Below the pieces are notes generated by a model. The model worked only from the letters and a program-made list of their open reading frames with translations, was not told the DNA's origin and did not search any database. A program made the position numbers and the translations under genes. From Bacteroidia bacterium (lineage in GTDB: Bacteria; Bacteroidota; Ignavibacteria; UBA10030), in contig BQML01000006.1 in the NCBI GenBank assembly GCA_022180565.1, forward strand, positions 2,504 through 66,503: a stretch of 64,000 nucleotides of DNA, read 5' to 3'. Of the stretch, positions 47,296 to 56,661 are shown in pieces. The number at the start of each line of letters is the position of its first letter. Position 1 is the stretch's first letter.

Positions 47296-49854
47296 TCATC
47301 TTAGGATCGCGAAATGGCCGACCTTCATACCGCCGGAGGGCGATTCAACGGTGTAGATGTACACACCGCTTGCCACTTCCATGCCGTCTTTCGAGAACAT
47401 ATCCCAGAAGACACTGCCGTTGTTCGGATCCGAAGATGAGAACTTGATCTGATCGATAATCTGCCCGGACACGTCGAGAATCGTGATCGTGGCTTCGGGC
47501 GGAAGGTTATAGAACAGAAGTTTGTGATCGAACACGTTCGAGAAATTGTCGTGCAGAGCCGCTCGCTTGTACGGATTGGGCCGCACGCCGACATTTGCGA
47601 CATCACCGGCCGCAGCGAGAGCAGAGGAGACAATGTGAACGCCTCCAATCGCCTGCTTTCCTGCCGCCGTCGTCGGATAGTTGGCGTTGTTCGTCGCGAA
47701 CGGATAGGTCTTCTGCCACAAACCGTTTGCTCCGTTGCGGTTCGTGTAGTGGGTTTCGATCCTTGTCGTTGTTTCTCCATCCGGCCCCTCATAGGGTGTG
47801 GCCGTGTTTTCATAGTACGCTGACACATAATACCAGTACGAGAACCCAAGGACCACATCCGCATCCGTGTACTTGTATGTATAGGGAGTTGTACCACCGG
47901 TGTAATTCCCGACCTGTGCGGCCGGAATCACTTGAACGAGTTCCCAGGTACCCCAAGTGTCGGGCTGATACTCGCCCTTCTGGGCCGCCGCCGCCACAGC
48001 GGAGAACGCGTCGAACTTCGGGTTGACGGGCTTCTTCAATGAGTCTTTTGAAGCGCCGACAACCATTTGCTCTTGATAGCGGTCCGCAAGCCTGTGACCT
48101 TCCTCCAGCCATTTCTTTTTCAGGAAGTTGGAGGATTTCCAGATCTTGTAGCCGGCGAAACCGGGGCGACTCTCGGCTCCATTATCCCATTCGATTTCGA
48201 CCGTCTTCGTTAACGTGTTGCTGACCTTCATGAGGGGCCGATAGGGCGGAATCGGAGACGTTCTGCCGTTGGTGGGACTCTGCATCCAGTTTGTCTGGTA
48301 GGCCCATCGTGCCGCGCGAACGGCTTTCTGGATTCCCTCGAGCCTGTATCCGCCGACGAGACCCAGCACAACGACCATCGATTCGCCGTCGTTCAACTGA
48401 AACGGTCCGATGCCGCTGTACATGTCGCCGTTAAAGTCGTGACCGAAGTTATAACCCTTGCCGTTCGTCTTCGACCATGTACCCCAGCCGGTCGGATACG
48501 GTGTTCCCGTTGTCGCAGTTCCGTCTTCGAAAGGACCTTGTTCAAACGTCTGACCCTTCTGGTCACCGTCAGGTGCGCTTCCGCCCACAGAGTCCCGAAC
48601 AAACGTGGTGGGATCGCCTTGTGTTCCCGACAAGAAAAATGCGTCGTTTGGGCTCCGATCGAGATCGGCAATGCTTCGGGAACTTCCGCCATTCTGATAG
48701 AAGGCTCCTATGGCCACCGTATGCATGCGCCTCGGATCACCGCCTGTTGCGGCCAGACCTCCGCCCGAGCCGGTGGACACATAATCGCCGCGCTGGGCGC
48801 CGGTGCCGATCGGATGAACGCCGAAAATGTTGTTCTTGGTGGGGAGAGAGGCGCTGGAGTTGTTCGGATCTGCAGGGAGGGTACCCGATTTTGCATCGAT
48901 CCACACCCAACCGTTCCAGGTATCGGTGTAACTCTTGATCGTCGGAGCATTAAAACCGAGATCGTTCTGCCCCGCCCCCGGTGTCTGTAAACTGGATCCG
49001 GCATAATAAGCATTGAACGCCCATGGGAAGCCGTCCGGCGCCGGGTTGTGAATCCATCCGCCCATGCGCGTGAACCTGTTTGAAATCGAGTTCACGTTTC
49101 GTCCGCCGCCCGGCTGGCTGGAAATCGACTGGAAGATCTCGCCGGACATTGTGAGCGCCAGAGCGCGAATCACATGGTTCGTCGCCTCGGTCATCCCGTT
49201 CATATCGATGTCGATCTCGCCCGTGTTCGTGAATTCGATTTCCACGATGACGAAATCATTGAGATTGTTCCAGTTGGGGCCGGAGAACCCGTGCGCACGG
49301 ATCTTCACATCAACGCCGAGATTCGTAGGAAAGCCGGCTTCGTAGACGACATGGTTCTTGGCGGCATCCACAAAGTACGGTTCGACGCTGTAGAGGCGGG
49401 CGGGATTATTCGCGCCTGCCACTGTGGATTTGAAGGCCAGATACGCATAATTCCCCGCACCTCCGCTCTCCCACCGGCTCGGGTTTCCGTAAGGATTCCA
49501 GAGCGTATCGGGGTTATATTCCGTGACGTACATGTAATGCGACCAGTACATGGTCCAGGGAAATGCTCCGGGCCAGTGACTGTTCGGCGTCGTCCATGCG
49601 CGATCGAAATTGCCGAAGCGGATGAACTGTCGATTCCCTCGCGTGGGGGCGTCGCCGGCCTCGCCGTAGAACGGACCGAATCCTGCGGGCAACAAGGACT
49701 CCCAGAGATCGCCCGCCTGAATCACGCCGGCGCCGGGAAAGCCGATAACACTGTTCGCCGGCGTCCCGGGTTGCGCGTACGACTGGGACCAGACCATCGC
49801 TGTCAAGAACAGGATGGCGGCCGCAACAGTCGCCTTGTGAAGGATAGGTTTCAT
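47296..49854 (-). CDS. T9SS type A CTD-containing secreted protein of unknown function
   Basis: Signal peptide; C-terminal V.PNPY...LFYNLP..ATITI.D.SG...WD......VASGVYIY...GHFAILR. AAGGAG RBS before ATG 49854. Confidence 0.85.
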   Translation of the reverse strand: MKPILHKATVAAAILFLTAMVWSQSYAQPGTPANSVIGFPGAGVIQAGDLWESLLPAGFGPFYGEAGDAPTRGNRQFIRFGNFDRAWTTPNSHWPGAFPWTMYWSHYMYVTEYNPDTLWNPYGNPSRWESGGAGNYAYLAFKSTVAGANNPARLYSVEPYFVDAAKNHVVYEAGFPTNLGVDVKIRAHGFSGPNWNNLNDFVIVEIEFTNTGEIDIDMNGMTEATNHVIRALALTMSGEIFQSISSQPGGGRNVNSISNRFTRMGGWIHNPAPDGFPWAFNAYYAGSSLQTPGAGQNDLGFNAPTIKSYTDTWNGWVWIDAKSGTLPADPNNSSASLPTKNNIFGVHPIGTGAQRGDYVSTGSGGGLAATGGDPRRMHTVAIGAFYQNGGSSRSIADLDRSPNDAFFLSGTQGDPTTFVRDSVGGSAPDGDQKGQTFEQGPFEDGTATTGTPYPTGWGTWSKTNGKGYNFGHDFNGDMYSGIGPFQLNDGESMVVVLGLVGGYRLEGIQKAVRAARWAYQTNWMQSPTNGRTSPIPPYRPLMKVSNTLTKTVEIEWDNGAESRPGFAGYKIWKSSNFLKKKWLEEGHRLADRYQEQMVVGASKDSLKKPVNPKFDAFSAVAAAAQKGEYQPDTWGTWELVQVIPAAQVGNYTGGTTPYTYKYTDADVVLGFSYWYYVSAYYENTATPYEGPDGETTTRIETHYTNRNGANGLWQKTYPFATNNANYPTTAAGKQAIGGVHIVSSALAAAGDVANVGVRPNPYKRAALHDNFSNVFDHKLLFYNLPPEATITILDVSGQIIDQIKFSSSDPNNGSVFWDMFSKDGMEVASGVYIYTVESPSGGMKVGHFAILR

Positions 49855-49887
49855 GCCTGTACTCCTTATTGACAAGTGATAGTCGGG

Positions 49888-52800
49888 TTAAAATTCAACA
49901 CGAGCGCCGAAATAGAACTCCCGCGGGATATCATAGAACAACGTTCCGTCCGGACCCACGGGCCGTTTCCGGTCGCCGGTGGGGTCGGGTGAACCGGCCG
50001 CAAGAGAGGTCTCCCACAGCGAGGTCCCGGTCGTCGTTCTGTCGTATCCCAGAATGTTCTCCCAATCAAAGATGTTCTTGATGTCCACAAACACCGCGGC
50101 ACGCACGCCTGCAAACGTGAAGCCCTTTTCGAGGCGGACATTGACCATCTTGTTCCACGGACCTTCACCCAATTCCCGGCTGGAGACACGCGGATCCACC
50201 AGTGTCAGCGGGTAGAAGAATCCGCTCTGGAAGGTACCGATTGACGTCAACCGGATGTCTTCAGGGAAGGTCAGCAGGAGCGTATAGGTGATCCGGTGGG
50301 TTCTGTCATAACCGCCGGTCAGCGTGCTATTGGTCCCCTGGACGTTCACGAGAACCTTGTTGTAAAAATTGATATCCCCGAACGGCAGGTCGCCGCCGTA
50401 CGTGGCGCTGTCACCTGCAGCCGTCGAGAACGAGGTCTTCATCTTGGTATCGAGACCCGCAAACTGAGAGGCCTTGATGTAGGTGTAGGCATAGTTCAGG
50501 CGGCCGGTGAGGGTCATGAAGTCGAAGAACCTCTGCGGGAGGGCCTGAACGCTGATTTCCACGCCGCGCGCGTCTGCCAGGCCGGCAGTGAACCCGATGT
50601 TGTAGTTCGTTCCTGTGGGTCCGGACCGCGGGACCACGTTGAACGAGTAGTATCCGTAGTTCTCGATGTCGCGCAGGTATGCCGTCAGGTTCATCCCAAA
50701 TCGCTGGGGCATGAACTCCCACTGCACGCCAAGCTCGTAGTTCGATGAACGGTAGGGCTGTTGTCGAACGGTGGACACGTTGGGCAGGGAGATGTTTCCA
50801 AAGTTGTTGTAGAACGCATACAGCTGGGAGTAGGGCGGCGGTGTCGTGTTGCGGGAGAACGAAAAGTACATCGCCGCTTCGTCGGAAATCGGGTGCGACA
50901 CGCCGAACCGCGGGGAGAACGCCACGATCGGATCCACTTCCCGTGTTCTCACCGTCACGCGATCCAGAACGTCGTTCAGACCGCCGAAGCTCGTCGTCGT
51001 GGTCTGGTACGGAGCAAAGTAGGTGCCGAAATCCTGTGCGGCGGGATCCCAGTAATCGAGACGACCGCCGAGGTTGATGATCAGGCCGGCATATTCCATA
51101 CGATCCGCTGCGTACAGACTGAACTCCGAGGGCTTGATGTTCCATTCTTCATTGTAGAACTGCTTCCGTGCATCAATGGCGCCGAGATATGAGGAGCGGC
51201 GCACCATGTCCAGATTGTGCATTCTCACCTGGAAGCCGCCCTTGAGCTGGTGGTTACGGGTCACCTGGCTCGTGATGTCGCCCTTCAGCGCAATGACCTG
51301 GTTGAGGAAATTCTCGTAGTAGAAGCCCGGACGCGCAAGCCTGACGGTGGTATTACCGGCATTGAATTGGAAGTTCGTAGAACTCGCCGGTTCGTCCTGA
51401 TTGCGGAAGAACTTCGACAGGTCTGTGTTGGAAATGTACTTATCAGCCTCGGCCAGCGTGGACAGCGTAATGAACGTGCCGTCATCTTCATCAAGCGCGC
51501 AAAAACCGTCGCCGTTGCTGTCGATATAGCCCATGCGGTTGATGCTTGAATTGATGCTGGCTTGGATCTCATAGAAAGTCGACGGAGATAAAACGTGCGT
51601 CAGTTTCGCACTGGCGATCACATCGCCGCCGTCGTTTTTCGGCACGCCTTCGAGGAAGAACCGGGCGGATTCTTGATAGGATCGGTTTTTCCATTTCAGG
51701 AAGTATCCGCGGTCGGTAATGATGCTGAACGCGGAAAGCCGCATGTCATCGGACAGTTGATAATTCGTCTTGCCCGTGATGTTGAGTTCACGGTTCTTCT
51801 CGTTAGGCAGGCGACCGTTTGAATCCATGTACCGGCCGCTCAGGAAGAAGTTCCACCCTTCCATGATATCGCCGCCGAGAGAGGCCTCGACCTCGATTTG
51901 CGGCTTATCCTGATTGTTGTACTTGCCGGGATAGTAGCTGTACCGGGTGAGCCGTGCACTATCGGCAGGAAGCGTCGAGTATTGCGACGGAGGAGCGCCG
52001 CTGGTCCGGAGGTTTCGCAACGAATCCACCCGATTGCTCAGGGCGGTTTTCTCGGCGAAGTAGATTGATTCGTTCCAGTACACGTTGGGTCCGTTGTACT
52101 TCAGTCCGTCGAGTTGACTGATGCGGGTGAAGAAGCTTCCGCTCAGCGGTCCGCGGCCTTCACGGAGCGTGTAGTTGATGACCCCGGCTGTTGCCGTGGA
52201 ATACTCCGCACCGACCGCTCCGGTATTGACGTTCATCTGTTCGATCGCACTGAAGTTCAGGCCTCCCGTCGTGTTCAGCTCGCTTCCCCGGTAACGCGGG
52301 GTGCTCGTGTACACGAGGAAGACGGTACTCACCGTCTGATCACCGGCCGCGGCGAAGTACGAATCCGTAACATCGACACCTTCGATGATCGTCTTGCTCT
52401 CTTGAATCCGGCCGCCGCGGATGAAGCCTTTGTATGCCCCGGGTGTGGTGTTCAGAATTTCCACCGCCGAAGTAACCGGAAGGGTATTCGATACTTCATC
52501 TCTTCCCAGCACAGTCTTGGTGGCCGTGAGAGACTTGTCAACCACACGCGGTCTCGCCTCAACCACGATTTCTTCCAGTCCGATCGCCTCGGACCTCAGG
52601 TTGAAATCCCGAGTGATGGTCTGGTCGGCCGACACGACAACGTTGATGACCGTCTCCTTGGCGTAACCGACCGCCGATGCTACGAGTCTGTATGTTCCCG
52701 GAGGAACGTTGAGAATAAAATAGACGCCGTTTCCGTCGGCCGCGGCTCCGAGGGTCGTTCCCTCAATGACAACGTTTGCGCCGACGATGGGATCTCCACT

Positions 52801-52911
52801 CGATGCGTCTTTCACTACTCCTGTAATCTTGCCGCTCTGAGCAAACAGGCCCGCGGACAGCGCGAGACTGAAGAGCGCAACCAGGAGCGTTCGGCACCTG
52901 ACTGGATTCAT
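49888..52911 (-). CDS. TonB-dependent receptor with N-terminal carboxypeptidase-regulatory-like domain
   Basis: GKITGVVKD...GANV, IRGGR, AEY....GVIN, SPRFGVSHPI and YELG motifs; C-terminal PREFYFGARVEF. AAGGAG RBS before ATG 52911. Confidence 0.92.
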   Translation of the reverse strand: MNPVRCRTLLVALFSLALSAGLFAQSGKITGVVKDASSGDPIVGANVVIEGTTLGAAADGNGVYFILNVPPGTYRLVASAVGYAKETVINVVVSADQTITRDFNLRSEAIGLEEIVVEARPRVVDKSLTATKTVLGRDEVSNTLPVTSAVEILNTTPGAYKGFIRGGRIQESKTIIEGVDVTDSYFAAAGDQTVSTVFLVYTSTPRYRGSELNTTGGLNFSAIEQMNVNTGAVGAEYSTATAGVINYTLREGRGPLSGSFFTRISQLDGLKYNGPNVYWNESIYFAEKTALSNRVDSLRNLRTSGAPPSQYSTLPADSARLTRYSYYPGKYNNQDKPQIEVEASLGGDIMEGWNFFLSGRYMDSNGRLPNEKNRELNITGKTNYQLSDDMRLSAFSIITDRGYFLKWKNRSYQESARFFLEGVPKNDGGDVIASAKLTHVLSPSTFYEIQASINSSINRMGYIDSNGDGFCALDEDDGTFITLSTLAEADKYISNTDLSKFFRNQDEPASSTNFQFNAGNTTVRLARPGFYYENFLNQVIALKGDITSQVTRNHQLKGGFQVRMHNLDMVRRSSYLGAIDARKQFYNEEWNIKPSEFSLYAADRMEYAGLIINLGGRLDYWDPAAQDFGTYFAPYQTTTTSFGGLNDVLDRVTVRTREVDPIVAFSPRFGVSHPISDEAAMYFSFSRNTTPPPYSQLYAFYNNFGNISLPNVSTVRQQPYRSSNYELGVQWEFMPQRFGMNLTAYLRDIENYGYYSFNVVPRSGPTGTNYNIGFTAGLADARGVEISVQALPQRFFDFMTLTGRLNYAYTYIKASQFAGLDTKMKTSFSTAAGDSATYGGDLPFGDINFYNKVLVNVQGTNSTLTGGYDRTHRITYTLLLTFPEDIRLTSIGTFQSGFFYPLTLVDPRVSSRELGEGPWNKMVNVRLEKGFTFAGVRAAVFVDIKNIFDWENILGYDRTTTGTSLWETSLAAGSPDPTGDRKRPVGPDGTLFYDIPREFYFGARVEF

Positions 52912-53188
52912 AGTGCTTCTCCTTATGTGAAAAGGACCGTTGGAATGCTGTGGGTACTGCCGAAATCGGGGAAGAACACGAGGACGTTGGATCACTTCAA
53001 CCGGCATTCATCCTCCTTTCGCGGAAAGGTGAGTGATGGATTGGATTGGAAGTCCTGGACCGGCCTCCGCTCATCACGGGGCTCCTTCGTCTGCCGGAAT
53101 ACCACTAAACTGTCTTTCTCCGCCTCGTCCTGACCGTCGCTCGAATGGAAAATAATCGCGCGGTCGTCTCTCGGATGGTGTTTAATTA

Positions 53189-53205
53189 GTAAAACACGGT
53201 TTCAT
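53189..53205. promoter_or_regulatory. Candidate KdgR/IclR-type operator GTAAAACACGGTTTCAT at the TBDR TSS
   Basis: Imperfect palindrome TAAAAC-N3-GTTTCA, 6 nt downstream of the -10. Confidence 0.55.
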
Positions 53206-53211
53206 AGCCAG

Positions 53212-53240
53212 AGTATAGAATTTTTTGGAAGTAATGTCAA
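53212..53240 (-). promoter_or_regulatory. sigma70-type promoter TTGACA-17-TATACT upstream of the TBDR operon
   Basis: Minus strand reads TTGACA ttacttccaaaaaattc TATACT in an AT-rich patch. Confidence 0.87.
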
Positions 53241-53331
53241 GGGGAAATGAACTTTTGGGACGAACGGCGGAACTGTTGAAAAACTACACCGATCCGGCAG
53301 ATTCTCCCGTTATTCGTCCCTCACGCACCTA

Positions 53332-54477
53332 TCAGCGGATTTCGAGATAATCCTTGTCGGGAAGTTTGGGAAAAGCCGCATGAGGCTCCTTCTGATACCA
53401 GAACGCAACCGAAGAAATATCGTCCTGCAAGGGAAGATAGCGGCCGCCGGAACGCCATCCAAGCGCCTGGAGAGTGATTCTGAGATCCTTTCCGAATCTG
53501 ACAGGATCCATAATATGCCATCGATACAATCCGAACCGCTGTTGCGAGTTGTACACCCCATCGGGCCGTATCACCTGGGCGAGACCGCTGTAGGGCGTCG
53601 TGAATTCCTGATATTGTTTGGTCTGCCTGTTCTCAAAGTTATAGGATCCGCAAAAGTAGTCCTCTGTGCCCGTGCCGCAGATCGTCGGAAACTCCCCATC
53701 GCCGTCGATGAAGAACTTGATCTCCCCTTCTCCCCACCATCCGCTGTTGTTGACTCCCCACGCAACGTACGTCCCGACATAGTGTCCCCATCCCTGAACG
53801 CCGTCCAGAATCGTATAGTCGGCCTTATACGGGAGCGGATTTTGCCGGCGGAACTGCGCATGGAAGTAACCAACGTCCGCAGGAACATCGGTGAGCGCAT
53901 AGTCGATCTGATAGTACACTGTGACCTCGTCATCCCCGATGTTCTCGATCGTGAGCCTGGCCGATGTGCGGAACGGCATTTCCCAGTACGAGTTCAGCGC
54001 GCTGCCGGGGTTCACGCACACGGCGAGAGAAGAGATCTGAGCGTACTGATTCCATCCGCACGCAAAGAAATCCCCCACCGGAACCTCAACCGACGGCGTC
54101 CGCTCGCCGTCCCAGTACATCCGAAGAATCAGATACCGCCAATGGCCCGTCGGCGTCATCCAAATGTGTTGAATCGCCCCACTCCCCTTGATTTCTCCAA
54201 GTACGAACATCTCCTTCGGCTTGACCTTCACCGACGGCGAAATCTTCCATCCGCGACCCAGCTCACGCGCGGCGTTCATGCCGGTCCCCTCTCTCGCCAT
54301 CCCTCCTTTCCCCTTCTCCCCCGTGAAATTCTCGGGACTGATCGAGCGGGTCTCCGCACGGGACAGCCGTGATAACGTCCCCATGCCCATGCCCAGGCCG
54401 TTGAAACCCTGACCGAAAACCTGCTGTGTCAAAAGACCGGTGAGATACGCCAAAAAATATGTGGATAATCGTTTCAT
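53332..54477 (-). CDS. GH172 (DUF2961) alpha-D-arabinofuranosidase/fructofuranosidase-like, secreted
   Basis: SISPEN.TG.KG.GG, PSVEVP.GDFF, WWGEGE, GTGTEDYF and DDISSVAFWYQ motifs; GGAGG RBS. Confidence 0.92.
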   Translation of the reverse strand: MKRLSTYFLAYLTGLLTQQVFGQGFNGLGMGMGTLSRLSRAETRSISPENFTGEKGKGGMAREGTGMNAARELGRGWKISPSVKVKPKEMFVLGEIKGSGAIQHIWMTPTGHWRYLILRMYWDGERTPSVEVPVGDFFACGWNQYAQISSLAVCVNPGSALNSYWEMPFRTSARLTIENIGDDEVTVYYQIDYALTDVPADVGYFHAQFRRQNPLPYKADYTILDGVQGWGHYVGTYVAWGVNNSGWWGEGEIKFFIDGDGEFPTICGTGTEDYFCGSYNFENRQTKQYQEFTTPYSGLAQVIRPDGVYNSQQRFGLYRWHIMDPVRFGKDLRITLQALGWRSGGRYLPLQDDISSVAFWYQKEPHAAFPKLPDKDYLEIR

Positions 54478-54560
54478 GAAACCTCCTCGGAGAAATTGAA
54501 GATTCGAAACTGAAACAAGAACAACCCTTCCAGCTTCCCCTCCGGTGATTGATCATTATC

Positions 54561-54587
54561 GGTCTCTTCACCCACGAAGAGAAGACC
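54561..54587. terminator. Hairpin between the SBP and GH172 genes
   Basis: TCTCTTC-acccac-GAAGAGA core, extendable GGTC/GACC. Confidence 0.35.
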
Positions 54588-54604
54588 CAGGATGCGAATT
54601 CTTC

Positions 54605-55516
54605 TTATTCCAACTCCTCCCCTCCCTGCTCCACATTCTCCCGTGTGAAGACTCTGGAAAGCAGGGTGATTTCTTTCGGCACCTTCTCTCCTCTCAGCAC
54701 CCTCAGTACCGTTTCCACCGCCTCCTTTCCTCCGGTCGGATACTCAAAGGAAGCGGCCAGAATTCCCTGGCGCACGTACACTTGACCTTCGTGCGGAAGC
54801 GCGTCTACACCGACGAAGAGCATCTCCTGTTCCCTCCCTGCGGCCCTTGCCGCAAGCCAGGCCCCGTGCGCCGCCGGATCGTTGTGGGCATAGACAGCAT
54901 CGATCCTGGAGAATCGCGCTAACGCCGACTCCATCTCCTTCCGCGCATTGGGTTCGAGCCACTTCATGTCGGCCTCAAAGATCACCTCAAGCTCCGACCC
55001 TTTGATCCCCTCTCGAAAACCCGCATGCCTGTCCTGCCCCGGCGTCGAGGTCATGAGTCCCTTCAATTCAACGATCTTCCCTTTCCCGCCAAGTCTTTGC
55101 ACAAGCCATTTCCCTAAGGCTCGGCCGATCTTCCTGTTGTCCGCCCCGATAAAACACGTGTAGTCCTCTCCCAGCACGCGCCGGTCAAGAACGATGACGG
55201 GAATTCCCTTTCGGTAAGCATCCCGTACAACGCCGGTCAGAGGCGCGGCCTCCTTGGGAGATACCAGGATCGCGTCCACCCCGGCACGGAGGAACTCCTC
55301 GATGTGCGCACGCTGGCGGAGGTTGTCGTTCTGCGCGTCCTTGAACATGACGGTCAATTCCGGATGGTCATCCGCCGCCCGGCGGATATCCGCGTTCATC
55401 TGAACGCGCCACGGCTCACCCAGATTGCATTGGCTCATGCCAACGGTCCAGGTCCGCGAAGACTGCCCATGGACGGAACTCAGACACAAGAGGGAAAGAA
55501 CAAAGAGGGAACGCAT
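54605..55516 (-). CDS. Sugar ABC transporter substrate-binding protein (RbsB-like)
   Basis: EPWRV.MN, DAQ.D...Q, IPVIVLDR, IGADN, AHND and GVD motifs. Start moved to ATG 55516. Confidence 0.9.
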   Translation of the reverse strand: MRSLFVLSLLCLSSVHGQSSRTWTVGMSQCNLGEPWRVQMNADIRRAADDHPELTVMFKDAQNDNLRQRAHIEEFLRAGVDAILVSPKEAAPLTGVVRDAYRKGIPVIVLDRRVLGEDYTCFIGADNRKIGRALGKWLVQRLGGKGKIVELKGLMTSTPGQDRHAGFREGIKGSELEVIFEADMKWLEPNARKEMESALARFSRIDAVYAHNDPAAHGAWLAARAAGREQEMLFVGVDALPHEGQVYVRQGILAASFEYPTGGKEAVETVLRVLRGEKVPKEITLLSRVFTRENVEQGGEELE

Positions 55517-55527
55517 GGAAAGTCGGT

Positions 55528-55632
55528 TGATGGATTGGTGGATTGATGAGTGAACGAACACATGCATATGGAGTCATGGAGTGATGATGCATTGACTCTT
55601 GACCGAATGGGGAGCATCATTTAGTGACTCCA
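55528..55632. repeat. Degenerate octamer repeats and nested inverted repeat in the permease-SBP spacer
   Basis: TGATGGAT TGGTGGAT TGATGAGT; TGGAGTCA (55569) / TGACTCCA (55625) with inner ATGATGC/GCATCAT. Confidence 0.55.
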
Positions 55633-55665
55633 CACACCACAAATCGGATGGTTCTGAACAAAAGC

Positions 55666-56661
55666 CTATCGCTTCCCAAACATCACCGCAACAATAATAA
55701 TCACGCCTGTGAGCATGAGCCTCGTTTCCTCTCCAACAGCGTTGATGCTGAGGATCTTCTCAAGGGAGCCGATAATCAGCACGCCGATGACCGTGAGTCC
55801 GACCGATCCTTTGCCCCCTCGCAACGTGGTTCCCCCGATCACGACCATCGCAATCGCGGTCAGCTCGTACGCCGCCCCCGCTTCGGGATCTCCCTGCAAT
55901 TCCTGCCCTGCCTGACACATGCCCGCTACAGCACAGAGCAGACCGCTCAGCCCGTAGGCCAATACCTTGGAGGACTTCACCGGAATGCCGGAAAGCCACG
56001 CCGCTTCCTCGTTCCCGCCAATCGCATACAATCGCCTTCCCAGAACGGTCCGCGAAAGGAGGAACCAGCACACGATTGCACACAGGAGAAAGACGATCGT
56101 GACGATGGCAATGTTGTCGCCGAGGATCCTGGCGTTCAGTATCTCAAACGATGCCGGCGTCGGGACGTATTCGTACGACCCGTCCGCTCCCTGAATCGCC
56201 GTCGAGACCTTCTGTCCTCCGGAAACAAGTTTGGCCATCCCGCGGGCAAAGACCATCATAGCCAGTGTGGCAATGAACGGTTGAACGCGAAAGTGCGCGG
56301 TTGCAATTCCCGAGGCCGCTCCGCACAACGCGCCGACCCCGAGGGTCATTGCGGCGGCAAGCCAGCCCGGCCAGCCCCAGTGGATGACCCCCAGGGAAAA
56401 TAACACACCACACAGTGCAAGGACGCTGCCGACCGAGAGGTCGATGCCTCCAGCGATGATCACCAGCGTCATCCCGCAGGCCAGGATTCCGTACACCGAC
56501 ACCTGCCGCAACATGTCACGGTGTGTGCCCCATTCAAAGAACGAGCCTTCAGCGTGAAAGAAGGCACCTGCGAGCAGAACAACCGCGAGGGCCAGCCCCG
56601 CCTGCGCGGTTCCCGGGAATCTTCTGTGAAAATCACGCCACCAGTCAGGGATGAACGCCAC
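55666..56661 (-). CDS. Sugar ABC transporter permease (RbsC-like)
   Basis: GGIDLSVGS, PFIATL, YAIGGNEEAA.LSGI and YELTAIA.VVIGG motifs. Confidence 0.93.
   Translation of the reverse strand: MAFIPDWWRDFHRRFPGTAQAGLALAVVLLAGAFFHAEGSFFEWGTHRDMLRQVSVYGILACGMTLVIIAGGIDLSVGSVLALCGVLFSLGVIHWGWPGWLAAAMTLGVGALCGAASGIATAHFRVQPFIATLAMMVFARGMAKLVSGGQKVSTAIQGADGSYEYVPTPASFEILNARILGDNIAIVTIVFLLCAIVCWFLLSRTVLGRRLYAIGGNEEAAWLSGIPVKSSKVLAYGLSGLLCAVAGMCQAGQELQGDPEAGAAYELTAIAMVVIGGTTLRGGKGSVGLTVIGVLIIGSLEKILSINAVGEETRLMLTGVIIIVAVMFGKR

Noticed and set aside
55528-55632. CRISPR or MITE interpretation of the spacer repeats
   Set aside because: The repeats are degenerate 8-mers without spacers, and no target duplication or second copy was seen in the window.
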